Of a DNA stretch of 64,000 bases, positions 39,326 to 52,132 are shown in pieces. Source of the stretch: Carcharhinus longimanus (Eukaryota); the NCBI GenBank assembly GCA_030264375.1, contig JASCQW010000154.1, positions 20,898,196 through 20,962,195 on the forward strand. The letters run 5' to 3'. Positions within the stretch are counted from its first letter, which is position 1. Each line of letters opens with the position of its first letter. Made by a program: the position numbers and the translations under genes. Under the pieces are notes generated by a model, which worked only from the letters and a program-made list of their open reading frames with translations, ran no database searches and had not been told where the DNA came from.

Positions 39326-40156
39326 ATGCCAAATGGATAAGTTGGCATGTAGAATGCAAGGACAAAGGATGGGGGTATGATTTGGCATGAATTGGGCCTA
39401 TGCCAGCATAGGGACTAGAAAGGGCCATAGAACTGAGTGGAGGGACATAGGTATGCATATAAAATATGAAGGTTCATGGGTTGGAAGGTGAGGGACATAA
39501 GGTGGCAGAGGTTGGCATGGATGGGGCATGGGAAGTGTATGTGCAGGATGGGGAGGAGACAAGGGCGAGAACTGAAGGGCTGTCTTTTATTTTAAGGTTA
39601 TTTTTACAAGTGAGACTGGCTTCTCACATAGCCAGCTTCCGCATCCCGCTTCTGAATTATTCCAGCAATGGTGACCTTATTTCACATTAAAATCTGCCCC
39701 CACCCCCTCCCAGAACAAAAATTCAACCATTTGGGACGGACTTTTTTTTAACCAAAGTTTGCAGAGCTAGGAATTTTCTGGATTCAGTACTTTTTACTCA
39801 GGAGACAAAATTCAGGCCTGCAAAGTTTATTTTTCATCAGTTACAATCAATTGGTTTCAAAATGGGCATTGTGTAATTTCAAGATATTGCACAAATACTG
39901 CACCTTGCATGTTTTCTCAGATTAAGTCCATGCATGGGCACAATTCAGAGAAATATGCAAAGTGAGAATAAAGTGTGTAATTGAATACCTGCAATTAACA
40001 TAAAACTGATAACCCATTCTATGAAATTGTAGATATTTAAAGCAAAATGGCTAACCATTCTCACAATTAAAATACCACTTATTTAAAAAGAACCTATGGA
40101 CAACCGGCATGGCTATAAGAAAAGTAAAATTAGTGATAGCATTCCCAGAATATTAA

Positions 40157-40467
40157 GGGTGGCACGGTGGCACAGTGGTTAGCACTGCTGCCTCACAGTC
40201 TGGGTTTGATTCTGGCCTTAGGTGACTGTCTATGTGAAATTTGCATATTCTCCCTGTGTCAATGTGGGTTTCCTCCAGATGCTCTCCTATAGTCCAAGGA
40301 TATGCAGGTTAGGTGGATTGGCCATGCTAAATTGCTCCTTCGTGTCCTGGTATGCGTAAGTTGGTTTGTTTAATCATGATAAATGCATAGGGATAGATGC
40401 TCTTATGGAGAGTTGGTACAGACTCAATGGGTCAAATGGCCCCCTTCTTCACTGGTGGGATTCTATG
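40157..40467 (+). mobile_element. HE1-type SINE
   Basis: gggtggcacggtggcacagtggttagcactgctgcctcacag...gggattctatg. Confidence 0.9.
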
Positions 40468-41460
40468 AAGAATATTAATAATTTTCCTTTTTCTCCATAA
40501 TGAATTGCAACCCCAGTTTGCCTGCTCCCTGCCTAAAAAAGAAAAGATAAAGAAAAAGATTATACTTCCCTCCATGCTTTCTTAGCTAGAAAAATTTGGG
40601 CTATGGACTTTTCAGTCACTGCCACCTCTTTTTTTAAATCAGGATTGTCAACTAATTGATGTTGGCTTAAGTTAGCAGAATAACAAGTATAAGGAACCTT
40701 TGCTTTGCACTGACACTAAAGTTGTGTCAATCTGGAGTCAGGTCTCAACCTAATCCCAAAATTAACTGCAGTGAATATTTTGGAGGATTTATTCCACTTA
40801 GCTTCAGAATCACTCTGAGACCTAACTGGACTACAGGACAAAACTTTAACACTGGTGATACCAAAGTACATAGGGAGCTTTCATCCACCAAAATCTACTT
40901 TGATTACTCTCCAAGATACAATAAATCTCACCTCTCAACTGAGTCTGAGCATGCATGCTGCCAAATGCTGCACTCTGAATTTAGGTTTTAGCATGCAGGA
41001 CTGGCACACTGCACATTCAGGTTGCAGGCTGAAGCAACTGCTGTGCTGTGAACTCTCTCAGAAGGTCACCATGGCATTTTTAAAACAGAACATTCAGAAC
41101 TGACTATTGCTTGTGAAATTCTCTAAACATATTTCCAAAATGTAATTATTTCATTAAAAATTCAAACTCATTCAAATTTTAAAATTGAAAAAAATTATTT
41201 CGGTTTTACCAACAGTGTTTTATCTCTCGGAAATGAAGACCAACATGAAGTCTATCCATTTGGACACAACACATCTTTGGAGTGGTAAAAGGCTATTTTA
41301 ATCACACAAGTCTAATCATTTTAATTGACGTCAGCCCCATTTTCCCACCATTTCCTGTACAGCACCTGCACTTCCTCCAGAGGCACATTTAATTGTTCAT
41401 TCAACCTGTTTATTTATTATTTGATTAAATGGCCAATCCTAGTATAATGTGTGCTGGTTC

Positions 41461-41641
41461 AGTGGATTGGCCATGCTAAACTGCCTCTTGTTGTCCAAAG
41501 ATGTGTAGGTTAGGTGGATTAGCAATGGTAAATGAACAGAATTACAGAGATAGGGCAGAGGGAAAGGCCTGGGTGGGATGCTCCTTTAGAGAGTCAGTGC
41601 AGACTCGATGGGCCCCTTGCTGAACTGTAGAGATTCTATGG
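41461..41641 (+). mobile_element. HE1-type SINE 3' part
   Basis: gtggattggccatgctaaactgcc...gcagactcgatgggcc...gattctatg. Confidence 0.8.
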
Positions 41642-42659
41642 TATATCAGCCTTCATGTGAAATCACTCTGAATTCCAGAACTAAGTTTAATTTTTAAACT
41701 ACATCTATCAGTTTTTGACATCTTCATAAGAGTGAACAACTTGACCACCCACACAATAGGTTCAACTAAAAGAAAAACATCTTTATTTAGTCAACAATCT
41801 GCCCTTTACTCTGCAAGACATTGACTATTAGAAAGGTAAGCATCATGAGTATTGGTAGACCTCTACTATCAAGCAATCAGTCTTCATTTTTGAGCCTGAA
41901 CAACGAGTGTTGGTAGATGATTTGATTCTGTAGGACATCACATTTAACCTAACCTGATCGCAAACTACAGCCATAAATACGTAATTTATCATATGTATCA
42001 ATTATAAGTGTGAACCTTGGCTAATTTCAATCTTCCTAGATTTGCTGATTCCAAAAGCAGTTTCAAATATGGCCTTCAAAAAAGAACTGGATTATTTACC
42101 TGAAGAGGAAAGTTTCCAGGGCTACTGGGAAATGAGACAATGGCACAAGGTGAGTTGCTCCTGCAGTTGGTTTGTTCAGACACAATGGGCCAAATGGCCT
42201 CCTTTGATGCAGTAACCATTCAATGGTTCTATAATTCAGTACAAACCAGATATCAAACCTAGGTGGTATTTTGTTTTCTTATCAAAATGCATCAACCTAT
42301 ATTTATCTAAGTTTATTTGCCACTTAACTGCCCACTCTGCCAATTTTCAAAAGTCCTTTAGATTCCATTTTATCCTCTACCTTAATATTTCATTCTTTTG
42401 TTTTTTTTTGTTTTGGTTCAATTTTTCCTTTAGTTCTTTACTCATCTTTGATGCCCTATAATTGACCTGCTTGCTTTTGACTTTTGGTGGAATTAACTGA
42501 TCACCCTTAATGATTTGCCACTGGTTTTCAATTTTATTTTCAATGCTTTCTCCCAGTTATAGTTCCACCTTATTACCTCACAATTTTCTATTTTCCAATT
42601 TATTACTATAGTTTCTGCTTTGCTTTTAAAAAAGATACAGGGGATGAATTTACTGAAAG

Positions 42660-43745
42660 GTGTCAGGAGTTGAGTTATTCACCGCAGAAGCTTGAGTGTC
42701 TGATCTGTTCTAGCAGCCACAGTATTCATATGGTTAGTCCAGGTAAGTTTCTGGTCATTGGTAGCCACCCATCTCTCATCCCCCCAGGGTGTTGATGGTA
42801 GTAATTCAAAAACAACAATGTCAAAGGGAGGCAACTCCCTCTTGTTGGAGGTGGCCATTCCCTTGTATGGCAAGGATGCTACATGTCATTTATCAGCCCA
42901 AGCCTGGATCTTATCTGGGTCTTATGACACATAAACATGGTCTGTTTCAGCAACTGAGAAACCGTGAGTGGAATTGGACACTGCAATAATCAATGAACAA
43001 TCCCACTTTTAAATTTATGATGGAGGGAAGGGCCTTGATGAAGTAGCTGACATAGGTTGAGTCAAGTATACTGTCCTGAGGAACTCCTGCAGCAATGTCT
43101 TGAAGCTGTGCTGATTGGCCTCCAACAATCATAACTGTCTTCTGTTGTGTTATGTGTGACTTCAGACAGTGGAGAGCTAACCCTCAATCAATTCCCACTG
43201 ACTTCAATTTTACCATGGCTGCTTGATGCCACCCCATCTCCAGAATTCAGCTCTTTTGTCCATATTTAGATTAAGGCTGTCATGAGGTCTACAGCAGAGT
43301 GATCCTGGTGGAACCCAAAATCAGTCTGTGATCAGGCTGCTGGTGAGGAAGTATAGTTTGAAAGTGTAGCTGATGACACATTCCACCAATTTGCTTATGA
43401 GAGCAGACCAAAGGGGTGATAATTGGTCAGCTTTACTTTATCCTGAATTTTGCAGACAGAACATATCTTTGCAATGTTTACTTTATCAGATAGATGGCAG
43501 TATTGTAGCTTTTGAGAGCAGCATAGTTAGAGACACAGCTACGTCTGCACCATGACCAGATGCTACTGGAAACCATAGCCTTTTTCCATACCCAGTATAC
43601 TAAGCCATTTCTTAATGTCACAGAGTGAATCGAATTGAAGACTGGATTCTGTGATAGTGAGCCCTCAGCAGAAGGCCATGATGGATCATCCACTCAACAC
43701 TTCTGGTTCCAGATGTTTTCAAATGCTACAGCCTTGTATTTACAC
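42660..43745 (-). mobile_element. CR1-group LINE RT fragment
   Basis: ORF 42947..43132 reads IAAGVPQDSIL...VGLFIDYC (decayed GVPQGS and FADD); same family as 25100-27735. Confidence 0.82.
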
Positions 43746-43876
43746 TCACTTTCAATACTCTGATACAAGTGATGTAAATAATTATGGGGCACCAGGGCTA
43801 ATGCCTAGTCTACCACATTGATAGAAACAAAGAAAATAGGAGCATATAGTAGGTCATTGATGGGCATTAAATACTG

Positions 43877-44201
43877 ATGTGGAGATGCTGGTGTTGGACT
43901 GGGGTAAACACAATAAGAAGTCTCACAACACCAGGTTAAAGTCCAACAGGTTTNNNNNNNNNNNNNNNNNNNNNNNNNNNNNNNNNNNNNNNNNNNNNNN
44001 NNNNNNNNNNNNNNNNNNNNNNNNNNNNNNNNNNNNNNNNNNNNNNNNNNNNNGAGATGCTGGTGTTGGACTGGGGTAAACACAATAAGAAGTCTCACAA
44101 CACCAGGTTAAAGTCCAACAGGTTTATTTGATAAAGCTTGTGGCGTTTACTATCAAATAAACCTGTTGAACTTTAACCTGATGTTGTGAGACTTCTTACA
44201 A
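43877..44201. mobile_element. Fold-back Penelope-like element (2121 family) inserted in a LINE tail, with 9-bp TSD
   Basis: taaatactg at 43868-43876 and 44202-44210; inverted arms; contains a gap with duplicated flanks. Confidence 0.75.
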
Positions 44202-44773
44202 TAAATACTGGCCAGCCAGCAATGCCCATGTCCCACAAATGAATAAAATAATTCGGTCCTATGAATCTGTTCCACCATTCATGATGATCATAACTGATTC
44301 TCTATCTCAATGTCATACTACCCTGCTCTCCCTGAGCCAACACATATCTCATACCTCCATAGTTTACCTTGTTTAGATTTCACACCCTAGTTTTGGATTG
44401 GACTACTTCACTTTCCATCCAAATGGAAGAATTTGATCATGTTATGGTCACATGTCTGCCGTTTGAAAAATTCCATTTATGGTTATCGTAAATTCTCAAA
44501 CCAATTTTCCATTTTCTCTCAGTTTCTGATGTGAAAAGTTCTCAACAACTTTTGAGAATTTTAGTATCCAACATTCACTTTTTTCCCATGACAAAACTAT
44601 TGTTGAAAATCTTCCACAAATTAAACGCCTCTTTCATTTAAATCTGATTTATTATTGAGCTATGCATTTCCAGGTTTTCCCTACACCTGATGATAAAGGG
44701 GCATGTCTATAGCGTGTATGCCAGTCTCAATGTTTAATGCTGCTTCAATTGATTGTGAACCCTTCCTAAGTGT

Positions 44774-45335
44774 ACAAAAACTGAAAATGTTGGAAAATCT
44801 CATCAGGTCTGACAGCATCTCTGGGGAGAGAACAGAGCCAACGTTTCGAGTCTAGGTGACCCTTTGTCAGAGTCAAAGTAGATGTGCCTTTAACTGAGCT
44901 GTTCAAGCAAGCTACAACACTGCCATCTACTTGATCAAGTAAAACATTGCAAAGATATGTTCTGTCCACAAAATTCAGGATAAAGTAAAGCTGGCCAATT
45001 ATCACACCATCGGTCTACTCTCATTCATAAGCAAACTGGTGGAATGTGTCATCCAGCTATGCTTTCAAACTATACTTCCTCAGCAACAGCCTGATCACAA
45101 GCCAATTTTGAGTTCTGCCAGGATCACTCTGCTGCAGACCTCATTACAGCCTTAATCTAAGCATGGACAAAAGAGCTGAATTCTAGAGATGAGGTGGCAT
45201 CAAACAGATGAAAGGTCATCTACACTCAAAACATTGGCTCTAATCTCTCCCCCCAGATGCTGTCAGACCTGCTGAGATTTTTCAGCATTTTCTGTATTTG
45301 TGTCAGATTCCAACTTCCAAAGTATTTTGCTTTTA
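44774..45335. mobile_element. Fold-back Penelope-like element enclosing a ~330-bp LINE segment
   Basis: Arms 44774-44872 and 45205-45335 are inverted; interior 44878-45207 is the reverse complement of 43219-43542. Confidence 0.8.
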
Positions 45336-45420
45336 TCTTCTTAAGTCAAGTTATTTACAAAAATGTCAGCTGAATTCCTAAAAATATATGTGGTCCTTTA
45401 TTTAAAACTCAGGAATACAG

Positions 45421-45568
45421 GGCCAGGTTCTCCGACCTCACCTGCCACCGGGATTCTCCTGTCCCCCTACAGTGAATGAAGATTTGGCTGAGCGCCAAAT
45501 TCTCCGTTCCAGATTCACTGTTCTCGCAGGCAGCAGTGGCAGGGTGTGAATTTGTGAAGAATTCTGGC
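45421..45568. mobile_element. ~150-bp MITE with Harbinger-like termini
   Basis: Starts gggccaggttctcc and ends gaagaattctggcc (imperfect TIR); sub-terminal cacctgccac pairs with gtggcagggtg. Confidence 0.6.
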
Positions 45569-46194
45569 CATAATTTTAGGATTGGATTCTCTCTATCCTT
45601 CAAACCATCTGTAAATTCAACTGCCCCCGGAAATCAAATCTCCAATCCTTCCTATGCAGCACTGGTTCAATGTTTTCTCTGTAATTATGCCTTCTAATAT
45701 TATTATACTGAATTAATTTTCATAATTAAGAGCAAAATAACTGAAGTCAATATTTTCTTTTAATTAAAACTTCAACAATTTTGCATGAGCAATTTAAAAC
45801 GTGATAACATAAAATGGCAGAGCACATGGTGTTCCTAAATGCAGTGGCGTAACAGCATACTGTGCTAGGATTCCAATAAAATTTGCTTTATATATAGAAT
45901 TCTGACTTGCACCTGCACCTCAACACATTAAGAGTACCCAATCTCACCAGTGCTAATATGGAGCATATGCACATTTCTGCAGAGGGAGGCAAAAAAGTTA
46001 CACAATCTAATCATCCAGGGCTGCTTTGACATAGCTGCAAGTGATTGCAGTACTGATACAGACGCAAGCAGATAGAGTTGGACAACAAATGTAGCACACC
46101 CATGAAAGAATGTTAAAAAAACATAGGTGTCTCAGTTCACTTCCTTGTCTGTGGAAAGTGCACAATGCACAGATGAAATAGAGAATACACATTT

Positions 46195-46540
46195 ATAGAA
46201 ATCTTACAGTTCAGAAGGAGGCCATTTGACCCATCAAATCTCAGTCTATTGCACCGACTCTCCAACAGAGCATCCCACCCAGGCCCTATCTCTATAATCC
46301 CATGTATTTATCCCACTAATCCCCCTAACCCACACATCTTGGGACACGAAGTGACAAGTTAACATGGCCAATCAACCTAACCTTCACATCTTTGGACTGG
46401 AGAAGGAAACTGGAGCACTCAGAGGAAACCCACACAGACATGGGGAGAAGGTGCAAACTCCACACAGTCACTCCAGGCTGGAATTGAACCCAGGTCCCTG
46501 ATGCTGTGAGGCAGCAGTGCTGGCTCCTGTGCCATATACT
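46195..46540 (-). mobile_element. HE1-type SINE
   Basis: Reverse complement of the consensus (atagaaatcttacagttcagaaggaggccatt...gctgtgaggcagcagtgct). Confidence 0.9.
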
Positions 46541-46554
46541 ACATGCATATTTAC

Positions 46555-46980
46555 ATTTATAAAGTATACCTCACACCTTCAGAATGTTTTAAAACCTTTG
46601 CAGCCTATTACTTTTAAAACATAATCAGTCATCTGTGGGCAAATATAGCAGGTCATCTGCAGGCAAATATAGCAGGCCATCTGCAGGCATCATCTTCCAA
46701 TAAACTAAAATGAAATAAATGATGAGTTAATCTACTTTGCTGTTGCTGGATAGTTCCTGGCCAGGACACTGGGAAAACTTACTCTGCTTCTTTAATACAT
46801 TCCATAAGATTCGTTATGTCCACTTTGACAGGCTGTTCAAACCCCTTGGTTCAGTTTCATTCATAAAAAATCCCCACAACTCCAGTGAAACATGCCTTCA
46901 GTGCTGCACTGAAAAGTCAGCTGAAGTTACGGAAAGGAGTTTGAATGTACAACCTTGAGTCAAGAAGTTTGAGTGATGCC
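46555..46980 (-). mobile_element. Old SINE, probably Deu-domain (SacSINE1/AmnSINE-like), with an internal 24-bp duplication at 46638-46690
   Basis: cctggccaggacactgggaaaacttactctgcttc and ccttcagtgctgcactgaa; resembles the reverse complement of 52590-52855. Confidence 0.5.
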
Positions 46981-47386
46981 TGTACAGTACAGAAATAGAC
47001 TCTCAGTTCTCCACATGAGCCTTCCCTGACTTTCATTCATTTCACTTTACCCACATATCCTATTAGTCCTTTTCTTTCATATCTTAGTTAACTTGCCATT
47101 AAATGATTACATGATAGGTTATAATAGAACTTAAAATTATACCCATGCAATTAGACATGCTAAATAAAAATAAAAATACTTTCACGCAAACAAAACCAAG
47201 AGCAAATGAGTTTTTAGCCTGCACAAAAACAATTCGAGAACTTGTAATGCCATATCTATTTGAGCTCTGCCTGGAAGTTCTATAATGTGCTGCGTATTGC
47301 AAAATCAATGGTTGTTACTGATGTTGCCCAGTGATATCACTATATCATCAAATCCGAGAATCCTACTTTTGTTACACAATTGTACA

Positions 47387-48492
47387 TGTCACAATCAGGT
47401 GAAAAGAGATAGAATGGTTCCCTTCTTTTCCCTTCATGTTTGACCACAATAGGTTTTTTAAAAAGAATGAACAAGTGTTGTGATCATTAAAAAAAATCCA
47501 ACAGGTTTTCTTGAGTTTAGTGAAAAAAAGATCAGCTTTATTATACTTAAACCAACCTAAGTATAGTAATAAAGAATACTCTGACTCTTACACACACATA
47601 CACACTCGAAGTTCGCACATGCACACCAACAGATTACAAAGTGAGGAAGGATAGATTTATCAGCTTAAAGTCCAGAGAAATAAAAGAGATATACAGTTTG
47701 CAGTTTGGCAACTCAGCTGGTTTCAGGCCGAATTTGGCGGTCTTGTAACTTTCATTCGGTAGTCTTGATGCTTCTGATTTAAAGATGTAAACATCTCATT
47801 CGCTGTTCTCTTAGAGACAAATTCTCCTGGGTTGAATTCATTTCAGGAGCTTCAGGTTGTAGCAGAACCCTGGATCAGCAACCAGGGTTTGAAGCTTGCA
47901 ATGTGGATTGGAGGGAAGAAGGATCCCACTCNNNNNNNNNNCACTCGGGTCATCTCTTGTCAGCATCTTAGGTGCTTGTTCTCTTACTGTAGAGAAAGCA
48001 GAAGTTTAAATACAGAAAGGGTGGGCCCGTCACTTGACCATCATCCTGCAATTCAAACAGGATCTTGACAGGTATATTTGCCCTTTCAACTTCTTCAGTT
48101 TATGTCTGGGAGTCCTTGTTCTCAGCCAGTGTCCAACTGTTCAAGTGATTGGGTCTAGTGTATTCCCATTGTAGCTTGATGAGTTCAAATCTGGGAACCC
48201 CCTTTTGAATAATCCTGATGATTGCCATGGTGCCTTGATAATGGGGGCAAGATCTGTGGCTCACTTGTATTCTCCTGAGGCATTGTCCTTGATGGGTCTT
48301 TGCAGATATGGTGTCCCATTTGAGTAGATTGGAATGTGGAAGGTTCAGTGGTGTGAATGGGATAGCTAGCTATGTTGCATGTTCAAATCACACTTTAGCC
48401 TGTGTCGTAAGAAGTTTGTTAATAAAAGTTCGGTTTGGTTTTCCAGCCGTCGAATTAAAATCATTATTTGTAGTAAAGCATGTTTCGTGACA
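47387..48492 (-). mobile_element. Probable solo LTR, about 1.1 kb
   Basis: TGTCACAAT...TTCGTGACA termini; flanks taca/tgca (4-bp TSD with one mismatch); minus-strand TATTTAAA near 48005 and AATAAA near 47540. Confidence 0.6.
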
Positions 48493-48569
48493 TGCATCAA
48501 AATGGCTTCAGAACAGACATTTCCAACTCACCAAGATCCAATCCTTAAGTGTTTACCATGTCAAGGCAC

Positions 48570-49400
48570 TGGACAAGGTGCATAAAAGATTTACTGGAAT
48601 GACATCAGAACTGACGAGTTATATTCGTCAGTGAAGAATAACAAGCTGGGAGCTCTTTATTTCTAAAATAGAGATTATGGAAATATTTAGCAGGGTAAAC
48701 ATAAAGAACATGTTTCCACTTGAAGGCAAGACCAGAACTGGAGGCCATAAATATAAACTTTTAAATAATCCAATAGGAATTCAGAAGAAACTTCTGTAAC
48801 AAAAAGATTTGTATTTATATAGCACCACAGCTGCATTAAATTTAGGAACTCCTTGGGAAGACAAGAAGGTTTTTGAGAGAGTGCAGAAAAGATTTGTGAG
48901 AATGGTTTTAAAGGTGAGGAAAGGGTGAAGATAGATTGGAGAAGGGTAAATTGAATGACAGAGCAGGTTCGAAGGGCTGAATGACCTATCCATGTTCCTA
49001 CTTCTATGCAAGTTGTGTTTGTTTCCTTGGCAAAAAGAAAACTGGGAGGAGATTTGGGAGAGGTGTTCAAAATCATGAGGGATCCGGACAGTTAATACAG
49101 GGAAACTGTTCCCACTTGTAAAAGGATCAAAAATGAGAGGGCACAGATTTAGAATAATTGACAAAAGAGGCTAAAGTTTTGTGAGGGTAAACTTTTTCAC
49201 GCAGTGAATGTTTAAGGTCTGGAATGCACTGCCTGACAGCACGGTTCCATTGAAGCATTCAAAAGGTAATTAGCTGCTATCCAAAAAGAAAGCACATGCT
49301 AGGTTACTGGGAGAAGGTAGGACAATGGCACTACAAAAATTGCTCATTCGGAGGGTTTGTGCAGGCACAACGGGCCGAACAGCTCCTGCAGTGTAACAAT
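48570..49400 (+). mobile_element. Cluster of CR1 3' fragments
   Basis: gagggtgcagaaaagattt-like block; gggaggagatttgggagaggtgttcaaaatcatgag; aactttttcacgcagtga...tctggaatgcactgcctga. Confidence 0.75.
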
Positions 49401-49911
49401 TCTAACCACTGAATGTCTTGAAGCACTTTACAGCCAATGAAGTACGTCTGCAGCGTAATCACTTTCGTGATCTAGGAATTACCCTAGATGAGCGGTGTGA
49501 ATATGGAACACACTAGTACAGGATGTAACTGAGGCAAAAAAAATTGGTGCATTCACAGAGAATCTAGATAAAGACATGAGGGAGAAAGGAATAAAAGGAT
49601 TCATTGCTGGGGTTAAATAAACATGGTGGGTGGAGGTTTGTGTGGTGCATAAACACCATAATGAATTAAAGATATTTTGATGCTATAATAAATGGTAAAG
49701 TTTGGATCAATGGATAGATCAAGGCCCATTATGGACAATATATGGGTCGGGCTGCCGTAGAGTACATGACACCATTTCTTAACTTCCTGAAAAGTGGTTT
49801 GTCTTATTTGCATCTTTCACAATAGTCAAAGAATTTGAATGTACTTTACAAAATATTATTACCCAATGGCACCAATAATAAACCTTAATAATAATAAACA
49901 TAATAAACCCT

Positions 49912-50285
49912 GGGGGCAGCATGGTTGCACAGTGGTTAGCACTGCTGCCTCACAGCGCCAGAGACCTGGGTTTGATTTCCAGCTTGGGTCACTGCCTGTG
50001 AGAGTTTTCACGTTCTCCCCACGTCTGCATGGGTTTCCTCCGGGTGCTCCGGTTTCCTCCCACAGTCCGAAAGACTTGCTGGTTAGATGCATTGGCCATG
50101 CTGACTTCTCCCTCAGTGTACCCGGACAGGTGCTGCAGTGTGGCGACATGGAATTTTCACAGTAACATTACTGCAGTGTTAACGTTTAAAGTTTATTTAA
50201 AGTTTATTCTATTTATTAGTGTCACTAGTAGGCTTACACTAATGTAAGCCTACGTATGACACTAATAAATAAACTTTAAACTTTA
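49912..50285 (+). mobile_element. SINE, variant-tail subfamily, full length, with an inverted extra tail
   Basis: ggggcagcatggttgcacagtggttagcactgctgcctcacagcgccag...gacactaataaataaactttaaa; palindrome at 50178-50285. Confidence 0.92.
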
Positions 50286-51371
50286 GATTTAACCCTCGAT
50301 TTATTCCAATACTGAAGCTACTGATGCTAGTAGCCCTAGAATGTTAGGAAATCCTTGCATATTTAAGGGCTAAATTAGTATATTTTTATAAAATGGTGGA
50401 AATTATTATCTTCTATAACATTCTGAAGTGCAACTATGATTTATGAAGCTAAAGGATATTTCTAAAAAATGCCTATATGCTATATGAAATAAAAATAACT
50501 ATTACACAAGTTTCTCTACTGGCACAGGTGTGTAATTTTCTTGAAATTTCAAAAAATAATTCCTTATTATACTTCCTGTGTCATTGTGTCCCATTTAGGG
50601 GATTAGCAGGCACATTCCTCACAATAGCTCAAAGCAGTCTGTGATTCACACAGCTTTAATGCCTTCCTGAGAGTTCCATTTGGTACCTGCTGTTGGCTTT
50701 GCTGCATTAGGAAATTTACTAGTTAATAAAATCTTTACCTATTCTTCGCACAGTCTTTGGCGATACTTGTATGTAGGAAGGATATGCTATTAATCTTAAG
50801 TTTACTGTAAATGAAAATATGTAGTTACAACAGAAGGCAAAATAAATATGATCTACAGCACTACTTTTAAATTTACACTTTATCGCTATACATAAGATCA
50901 AATGCTAGCAGATTTATGATTGCACAGATTCTTAGTCAAGCCTACTATTTTTAATGTTCTGCACTTGGGAACTTATCATTTTAAAATAAAATAGCCAACA
51001 AGCAAGGAAAACGTTGCACCACTCATGCACTTTTTAGTACAAATTGGCTTTTCATTCAACCTTTTCAGAAGATTTATCAACAAAGTATTAAAGCCACAAA
51101 GAACGTGGGAGACAAGGAAACACAATTCTTCTTGGTGATTTTTAAAATGAAATGTTCACCAAATTAGACTGATATTTGAGTGGGTATGTCATCTTGGCCA
51201 GTTTTAAAAATTTCATCCCCACATGGGCAATAAAATTAATTTCTTGCTGTAGTATATGAAATAACCCAAAGACAAATGGAAAAATACAAGTGGGTAGCCT
51301 GTCAGTCATTAGCTGAGGCTATTGCTGTCACCGTAGATATGAGGTAGAAGCTAATAATCACTTGGAATTAC

Positions 51372-51635
51372 CTGATTGAAATGCAAAAGCTGTTCTTCAG
51401 CTTCTTTCTGGTCTTCTAACTGATCTTCCTCCTCACTATCTGGTGGCTCATCCTTCACCTGCATTGCATCCTGTTCCAAACTTTCATTTGTTGCATCACT
51501 CCCTCCAGAATTGATACTGCTACTCCTCGGAGGTGCCTGATCCTCCTGCATATCCTGTTGCTCACACAATTCTTCTTCAGTCTCTTCTGGGTGACTTGGA
51601 GGCTGCCGAGGTGATTCACTTGACTTGGAAAGCAT
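51372..51635 (-). CDS. HDAC5: HDAC5 exon, acidic linker: MLSKSSESPRQPPSHPEETEEEL...MQVKDEPPDSEEEDQLEDQKEAEEQLLHFNQ
   Basis: Acceptor tcacag, donor gtaatt; 264 nt, phase 0 to 0; PRQPxxHPEETEEEL and VKDE motifs; ORF 51351..51644. Confidence 0.94.
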
Positions 51636-52132
51636 CTGTGACAAATATTCATGGGCATAATCAGAGTTATTGACACACCCGATCGCAAATCAGAGCATAG
51701 TTGAAGATTGTATTCATTCATGTAAAGATTAAGAGGAAACGGAATACAAGTATGCACAGTGATGAACAAAACAAAAAAATTAGTGAAAATTAGTTTACGC
51801 TAATTAGCAAATTGTTAATGATGTGGATATAAATTCAGGGATCAGTCTTGAAAATACAAAATGGAGATTAGAAGTTTATTTTTATGGAAGGAATCATTAA
51901 GTTTAACACAATTTCCAAGAAATAGCTATTGAAGCTGAATCAATCACAGGTGAATTAGATAGGGGAAGAAAAATATAAAAGGCTATTAAGAGCAGGCAAA
52001 ATTTATTAGGAGTGACAGCATTTGAATGAAGCTCAAAGAGATGAATACCATCCTTGTTTGCTGAAGATTCTCTGGTCAATGATATTCTGCACGTCATTCA
52101 TCATTGCCTTCATGTATTGAAGTTTTCTTCTG

